DNA of 64,000 nucleotides, taken from contig OZ193910.1 in NCBI GenBank assembly GCA_964276515.1, forward strand, positions 4,154,001-4,218,000, given 5' to 3'. Position 1 is the first letter of the stretch; each line of letters opens with the position of its first letter. The DNA is from Gordius albopunctatus (taxonomy: Eukaryota). Position numbers and translations under genes: made by a program. The notes beneath the pieces are model-generated. The model worked only from the letters and a program-made list of their open reading frames with translations, was not told the origin of the DNA and did not search any database. This document shows positions 55,851-64,000 of the stretch, piece by piece.

Positions 55851-58800
55851 CGCATTTATATAATAAGAACGTCCAAAATATATGTTAAAATAACTAAACT
55901 ATTTCCTTACATTGTTTTAAATGTCTCAATGATTCACATCATTTGTATTTATTTATTAAAAAGTCGCATTTATATAATAGTAACGTCCAAAATATATGTT
56001 AAAATGACTAAACTATTTCCTTACATTGTTTTAAATGTCTCAATGATTCACATCATTTTTTTTTATTTATTAAAAAGTCGCATTTATATAATAAGAACGT
56101 CCAAAATATATGTTAAAATAACTAAACTATTTCCTTACATTGTTTTAAATGTCTCAATGATTCACATCATTTGTATTTATTTATTAAAAAGTCGCATTTA
56201 TATAATAGTAACGTCCAAAATATATGTTAAAATGACTAAACTATTTCCTTACATTGTTTTAAATGTCTCAATGATTCACATCATTTGTATTTATTTATTA
56301 AAAAGTCGCATTTATATAATAAGAACGTCCAAAATATATGTTAAAATAACTAAACTATTTCCTTACATTGTTTTAAATGTCTCAATGATTCACATCATTT
56401 GTATTTATTTATTAAAAAGTCGCATTTATATAATAGGAACGTCCAAAATATATGTTAAAATGACTAAACTATTTCCTTACATTGTTTTAAATGTCTCAAT
56501 GATTCACATCATTTTTTTTTATTTATTAAAAAGTCGCATTTATATAATAAGAACGTCCAAAATATATGTTAAAATGACTAAACTATTTCCTTACATTGTT
56601 TTAAATGTCTCAATGATTCACATCATTTTTTTTATTTATTAAAAAGTCGCATTTATATAATAAGAACGTCCAAAATATATGTTAAAATGACTAAACTATT
56701 TCCTTACATTGTTTTAAATGTCTCAATGATTCACATAATTTGTATTTATTTATTAAAAAGTCGCATTTATATAATAGGAACGTCCAAAATATATGTTAAA
56801 ATGACTAAACTATTTCCTTACATTGTTTTAAATGTCTCAATGATTCACATCATTTGTATTTATTTATTAAAAAGTCGCATTTATATAATAAGAACGTCCA
56901 AAATATATGTTAAAATGACTAAACTATTTCCTTACATTGTTTTAAATATCTCAATTATTTACATCATTTTTTTTTATTTATTAAAAAGTCGCATTTATAT
57001 AATAGGAACGTCCAAAATATATGTTAAAATAACTAAACTATTTCCTTACATTGTTTTAAATGTCTCAATGATTCACATCATTTGTATTTATTTATTAAAA
57101 AGTCGCATTTATATAATAAGAACGTCCAAAATATATGTTAAAATGACTAAACTATTTCCTTACATTGTTTTAAATGTCTCAATGATTCACATCATTTGTA
57201 TTTATTTATTAAAAAGTCGCATTTATATAATAGGAACGTCCAAAATATATGTTAAAATAACTAAACTATTTCCTTACATTGTTTTAAATGTCTCAATGAT
57301 TCACATCATTTGTATTTATTTATTAAAAAGTCGCATTTATATAATAAGAACGTCCAAAATATATGTTAAAATGACTAAACTATTTCCTTACATTGTTTTA
57401 AATGTCTCAATGATTCACATCATTTTTTTTATTTATTAAAAAGTCGCATTTATATAATAAGAACGTCCAAAATATATGTTAAAATGACTAAACTATTTCC
57501 TTACATTGTTTTAAATGTCTCAATGATTCACATCATTTTTTTTTATTTATTAAAAAGTCGCATTTATATAATAAGAACGTCCAAAATATATGTTAAAATG
57601 ACTAAACTATTTCCTTACATTGTTTTAAATGTCTCAATGATTCACATCATTTTTTTTATTTATTAAAAAGTCGCATTTATATAATAAGAACGTCCAAAAT
57701 ATATGTTAAAATGACTAAACTATTTCCTTACATTGTTTTAAATGTCTCAATGATTCACATCAATTGTATTTATTTATTAAAAAGTCGCATTTATATAATA
57801 GGAACGTCCAAAATATATGTTAAAATGACTAAACGATTTCCTTACATTGTTTTAAATGTCTCAATGATTCACATCATTTGTATTTATTTATTAAAAAGTC
57901 GCATTTATTTAATAAGAACGTCCAAAATATATGTTAAAATGACTAAACTATTTCCTTACATTGTTTTAAATGTCTCAATGATTCACATCATTTTTTTTTA
58001 TTTATTAAAAAGTCGCATTTATATAATAGGAACGTCCAAAATATATGTTAAAATGACTAAACTATTTCCTTACATTGTTTTAAATGTCTCAATGATTCAC
58101 ATCATTTGTATTTATTTATTAAAAAGTCGCATTTATATAATAAGAACGTCCAAAATATATGTTAAAATGACTAAACTATTTCCTTACATTGTTTTAAATG
58201 TCTCAATGATTCACATCATTTTTTTTATTTATTAAAAAGTCGCATTTATATAATAAGAACGTCCAAAATATATGTTAAAATGACTAAACTATTTCCTTAC
58301 ATTGTTTTAAATGTCTCAATGATTCACATCATTTTTTTTATTTATTAAAAAGTCGCATTTATATAATAAGAACGTCCAAAATATATGTTAAAATGACTAA
58401 ACTATTTCCTTACATTGTTTTAAATGTCTCAATGATTCACATCATTTTTTTTATTTATTAAAAAGTCGCATTTATATAATAAGAACGTCCAAAATATATG
58501 TTAAAATGACTAAACTATTCCTTACATTGTTTTAAATGTCTCAATGATTCACATCATTGTTTAATAAAACGTCCAAAATATATGTTAAAATGACTCAACT
58601 ATTTCCTTACATTGTTTTAAATGTCTCAATGATTCACATCATTTTTTTTTATTTATTTAAAAGTCGCATTTATATAATAAGAACGTCCAAAATATATGTT
58701 AAAATAATAGGAACGTCCAAAATATATGTTAAAATAACTAAACTATTTCCTTACATTGTTTTAAATGTCTCAATGATTCACATCATTTTTTTTATTTATT

Positions 58801-61800
58801 AAAAAGTCGCATTTATATAATAAGAACGTCCTAAATATATGTTAAAATGACTAAACTGTTTCCTTACATTGTTTTAAATGTCTCAATGATTCACATCATT
58901 TGTATTTATTTATTAAAAAGTCGCATTTATATAATAAGAACGTCCAAAATATATGTTAAAATGACTAAACTATTTCCTTACATTGTTTTAAATGTCTCAA
59001 TGATTCACATCATTTGTATTTATTTATTAAAAAGTCGCATTTATATAATAGGAACGTCCAAAATATATGTTAAAATGACTAAACTATTTCCTTACATTGT
59101 TTTAAATGTCTCAATGATTCACATTATTTTTTTTTATTTATTAAAAAGTCGCATTTATATAATAGGAACGCCCAAAATATATGTTAAAATGACTAAACTA
59201 TTTCCTTACATTGTTTTAAATGTCTCAATGATTCACATCATTTTTTTTTATTTATTAAAAAGTCGCATTTATATAATAAGAACGTCCAAAATATATGTTA
59301 AAATGACTAAACTATTTCCTTACATTGTTTTAAATGTCTCAATGATTCACATCATTTGTATTTATTTATTAAAAAGTCGCATTTATATAATAGGAACGTC
59401 CAAAATATATGTTAAAATAACTAAACTATTTCCTTACATTGTTTTAAATGTCTCAATGATTCACATCATTTTTTTTATTTATTAAAAAGTCGCATTTATA
59501 TAATAAGAACGTCCAAAATATATGTTAAAATGACTAAACTATTTCCTTACATTGTTTTAAATGTCTCAATGATTCACATCATTTGTATTTATTTATTAAA
59601 AAGTCGCATTTATATAATAGGAACGTCCAAAATATATGTTAAAATGACTAAACTATTTCCTTACATTGTTTTAAATGTCTCAATGATTCACATCATTTGT
59701 ATTTATTTATTAAAAAGTCGCATTTATATAATAAGAACGTCCAAAATATATGTTAAAATGACTAAACTATTTCCTTACATTGTTTTAAATATCTCAATTA
59801 TTTACATCATTTTTTTTTATTTATTAAAAAGTCGCATTTATATAATAAGAACGTCCAAAATATATGTTAAAATAACTAAACTATTTCCTTACATTGTTTT
59901 AAATGTCTCAATGATTCACATCATTTGTATTTATTTATTAAAAAGTCGCATTTATATAATAGGAACGTCCAAAATATATGTTAAAATAACTAAACTATTT
60001 CCTTACATTGTTTTAAATGTCTCAATGATTCACATCATTTTTTTTTATTTATTAAAAAGTCGCATTTATATAATAAGAACGTCCAAAATATATGTTAAAA
60101 TGACTAAACTATTTCCTTACATTGTTTTAAATGTCTCAATGATTCACATCATTTTTTTTATTTATTAAAAAGTCGCATTTATATAATAAGAACGTCCAAA
60201 ATATATGTTAAAATAACTAAACTATTTCCTTACATTGTTTTAAATGTCTCAATGATTCACATCATTTGTATTTATTTATTAAAAAGTCGCATTTATATAA
60301 TAGGAACGTCCAAAATATATGTTAAAATGACTAAACTATTTCCTTACATTGTTTTAAATGTCTCAATGATTCACATCATTTTTTTTATTTATTAAAAAGT
60401 CGCATTTATATAATAAGAACGTCCAAAATATATGTTAAAATGACTAAACTATTTCCTTACATTGTTTTAAATGTCTCAATGATTCACATAATTTGTATTT
60501 ATTTATTAAAAAGTCGCATTTATATAATAGGAACGTCCAAAATATATGTTAAAATGACTAAACTATTTCCTTACATTGTTTTAAATGTCTCAATGATTCA
60601 CATCATTTGTATTTATTTATTAAAAAGTCGCATTTATATAATAAGAACGTCCAAAATATATGTTAAAATGACTAAACTATTTCCTTACATTGTTTTAAAT
60701 ATCTCAATTATTTACATCATTTTTTTTTATTTATTAAAAAGTCGCATTTATATAATAGGAACGTCCAAAATATATGTTAAAATAACTAAACTATTTCCTT
60801 ACATTGTTTTAAATGTCTCAATGATTCACATCATTTGTATTTATTTATTAAAAAGTCGCATTTATATAATAAGAACGTCCAAAATATATGTTAAAATGAC
60901 TAAACTATTTCCTTACATTGTTTTAAATGTCTCAATGATTCACATCATTTGTATTTATTTATTAAAAAGTCGCATTTATATAATAGGAACGTCCAAAATA
61001 TATGTTAAAATAACTAAACTATTTCCTTACATTGTTTTAAATGTCTCAATGATTCACATCATTTTTTTTATTTATTAAAAAGTCGCATTTATATAATAAG
61101 AACGTCCAAAATATATGTTAAAATGACTAAACTATTTCCTTACATTGTTTTAAATGTCTCAATGATTCACATCATTTGTATTTATTTATTAAAAAGTCGC
61201 ATTTATATAATAGGAACGTCCAAAATATATGTTAAAATGACTAAACTATTTCCTTACATTGTTTTAAATGTCTCAATGATTCACATCATTTGTATTTATT
61301 TATTAAAAAGTCGCATTTATATAATAAGAACGTCCAAAATATATGTTAAAATGACTAAACTATTTCCTTACATTGTTTTAAATATCTCAATTATTTACAT
61401 CATTTTTTTTTATTTATTAAAAAGTCGCATTTATATAATAAGAACGTCCAAAATATATGTTAAAATAACTAAACTATTTCCTTACATTGTTTTAAATGTC
61501 TCAATGATTCACATCATTTGTATTTATTTATTAAAAAGTCGCATTTATATAATAGGAACGTCCAAAATATATGTTAAAATGACTAAACTATTTCCTTACA
61601 TTGTTTTAAATGTCTCAATGATTCACATCATTTTTTTTATTTATTAAAAAGTCGCATTTATATAATAAGAACGTCCAAAATATATGTTAAAATGACTAAA
61701 CTGTTTCCTTACATTGTTTTAAATGTCTCAATGATTCACATCATTTGTATTTATTTATTAAAAAGTCGCATTTATATAATAGGAACGTCCAAAATATTTG

Positions 61801-64000
61801 TTAAAATGACTAAACTATTTCCTTACATTGTTTTAAATGTCTCAATGATTCACATCATTTTTTTTTATTTATTAAAAAGTCGCATTTATATAATAAGAAC
61901 GTCCAAAATATATGTTAAAATGACTAAACTATTTCCTTACATTGTTTTAAATGTCTCAATGATTCACATCATTTGTATTTATTTATTAAAAAGTCGCATT
62001 TATATAATAGGAACGTCCAAAATATATGTTAAAATGACTAAACTATTTCCTTACATTGTTTTAAATGTCTCAATTATTCACATCATTTGTATTTATTTAT
62101 TAAAAAGTCGCATTTATATAATAGGAACGTCCAAAATATATGTTAAAATGACTAAACTATTTCCTTACATTGTTTTAAATGTCTCAATGATTCACATCAT
62201 TTTTTTTATTTATTAAAAAGTCGCATTTATATAATAAGAACGTCCAAAATATATGTTAAAATGACTAAACTATTTCCTTACATTGTTTTAAATGTCTCAA
62301 TGATTCACATCATTTTTTTTTATTTATTAAAAAGTCGCATTTATATAATAGGAACGTCCAAAATATATGTTAAAATGACTAAACTATTTCCTTACATTGT
62401 TTTAAATGTCTCAATGATTCACATCATTTGTATTTATTTATTAAAAAGTCGCATTTATATAATAAGAACGTCCAAAATATATGTTAAAATGACTAAACTA
62501 TTTCCTTACATTGTTTTAAATGTCTCAATGATTCACATCATTTGTATTTATTTATTAAAAAGTCGCATTTATATAATAAGAACGTCCAAAATATATGTTA
62601 AAATGACTAAACTATTTCCTTACATTGTTTTAAATGTCTCAATGATTCACATCATTTTTTTTATTTATTAAAAAGTCGCATTTATATAATAAGAACGTCC
62701 AAAATATATGTTAAAATGACTAAACTATTTCCTTACATTGTTTTAAATGTCTCAATGATTCACATCATTTGTATTTATTTATTAAAAAGTCGCATTTATA
62801 TAATAGGAACGTCCAAAATATATGTTAAAATGACTAAACTATTTCCTTACATTGTTTTAAATGTCTCAATGATTCACATCATTTGTATTTATTTATTAAA
62901 AAGTCGCATTTATATAATAAGAACGTCCAAAATATATGTTAAAATAACTAAACTATTTCCTTACATTGTTTTAAATGTCTCAATTATTCACATCATTTGT
63001 ATTTATTTATTAAAAAGTCGCATTTTTATAATAGGAACGTCCAAAATATATGTTAAAATGACTAAACTATTTCCTTACATTGTTTTAAATGTCTCAATGA
63101 TTCACATCATTTTTTTTATTTATTAAAAAGTCGCATTTATATAATAAGAACGTCCAAAATATATGTTAAAATGACTAAACTATTTCCTTACATTGTTTTA
63201 AATGTCTCAATGATTCACATCATTTGTATTTATTTATTAAAAAGTCGCATTTATATAATAGGAACGTGCAAAATATATGTTAAAATGACTAAACTATTTC
63301 CTTACATTGTTTTAAATGTCTCAATGATTCACATCATTTGTATTTATTTATTAAAAAGTCGCATTTATATAATAAGAACGTCCAAAATATATGTTAAAAT
63401 GACTAAACTATTTCCTTACATTGTTTTAAATGTCTCAATTATTCACATCATTTGTATTTATTTATTAAAAAGTCGCATTTATATAATAGGAACGTCCAAA
63501 ATATATGTTAAAATGACTAAACTATTTCCTTACATTGTTTTAAATGTCTCAATGATTCACATCATTTTTTTTATTTATTAAAAAGTCGCATTTATATAAT
63601 AAGAACGTCCAAAATATATGTTAAAATGACTAAACTATTTCCTTACATTGTTTTAAATGTCTCAATGATTCACATCATTTGTATTTATTTATTAAAAAGT
63701 CGCATTTATATAATAGGAACGTCCAAAATATATGTTAAAATGACTAAACTATTTCCTTACATTGTTTTAAATGTCTCAATGATTCACATCATTTGTATTT
63801 ATTTATTAAAAAGTCGCATTTATATAATAAGAACGTCCAAAATATATGTTAAAATGACTAAACTATTTCCTTACATTGTTTTAAATGTCTCAATGATTCA
63901 CATCATTTGTATTTATTTATTAAAAAGTCGCATTTATATAATAAGAACGTCCAAAATATATGTTAAAATGACTAAACTATTTCCTTACATTGTTTTAAAT
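55851..64000 (-). repeat. Same 113/114-bp satellite in inverted orientation (~71 monomers, open at window end); mirrors 47045 back to ~38895
   Basis: The variant order mirrors the left array: gttAct variants, KRF/INC edge variants, the aaatTatg marker (42405<->60490) and the gCacg marker (39627<->63268). Confidence 0.99.

Overview
AT-rich, eukaryote-like, gene-free window dominated by one satellite DNA. Positions 1-47045 are about 413 head-to-tail copies of a 113/114-bp monomer (~78% AT). The monomers are organised into a very long higher-order repeat (HOR) of 110 monomers (12,520 bp), present about 3.5 times, followed by a less regular ~2.7-kb edge zone. After the array come 2,891 bp of non-satellite flank (47046-49936), a 200-N scaffold gap (49937-50136) and 2.8 kb of sequence present once in the window (50137-52959). 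The rest is a near-perfect reverse complement of the flank (52960-55850) and of the array end (55851-64000). The window therefore contains a giant inverted duplication with arms of at least 11 kb (mirror rule i <-> 102896-i, then 102895-i). The left arm stops exactly at the gap, so a scaffolding or haplotype false duplication is at least as likely as a real palindrome. The non-satellite DNA carries short non-autonomous DNA transposons: one intact 280-bp hAT-type MITE with an 8-bp target-site duplication, and several copies of a related ~160-bp family. None of the listed ORFs is considered a real gene. The long ones are read-through of the 38-codon satellite monomer. I found no convincing novel protein- or RNA-coding system. 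The notable biology is the repeat architecture.
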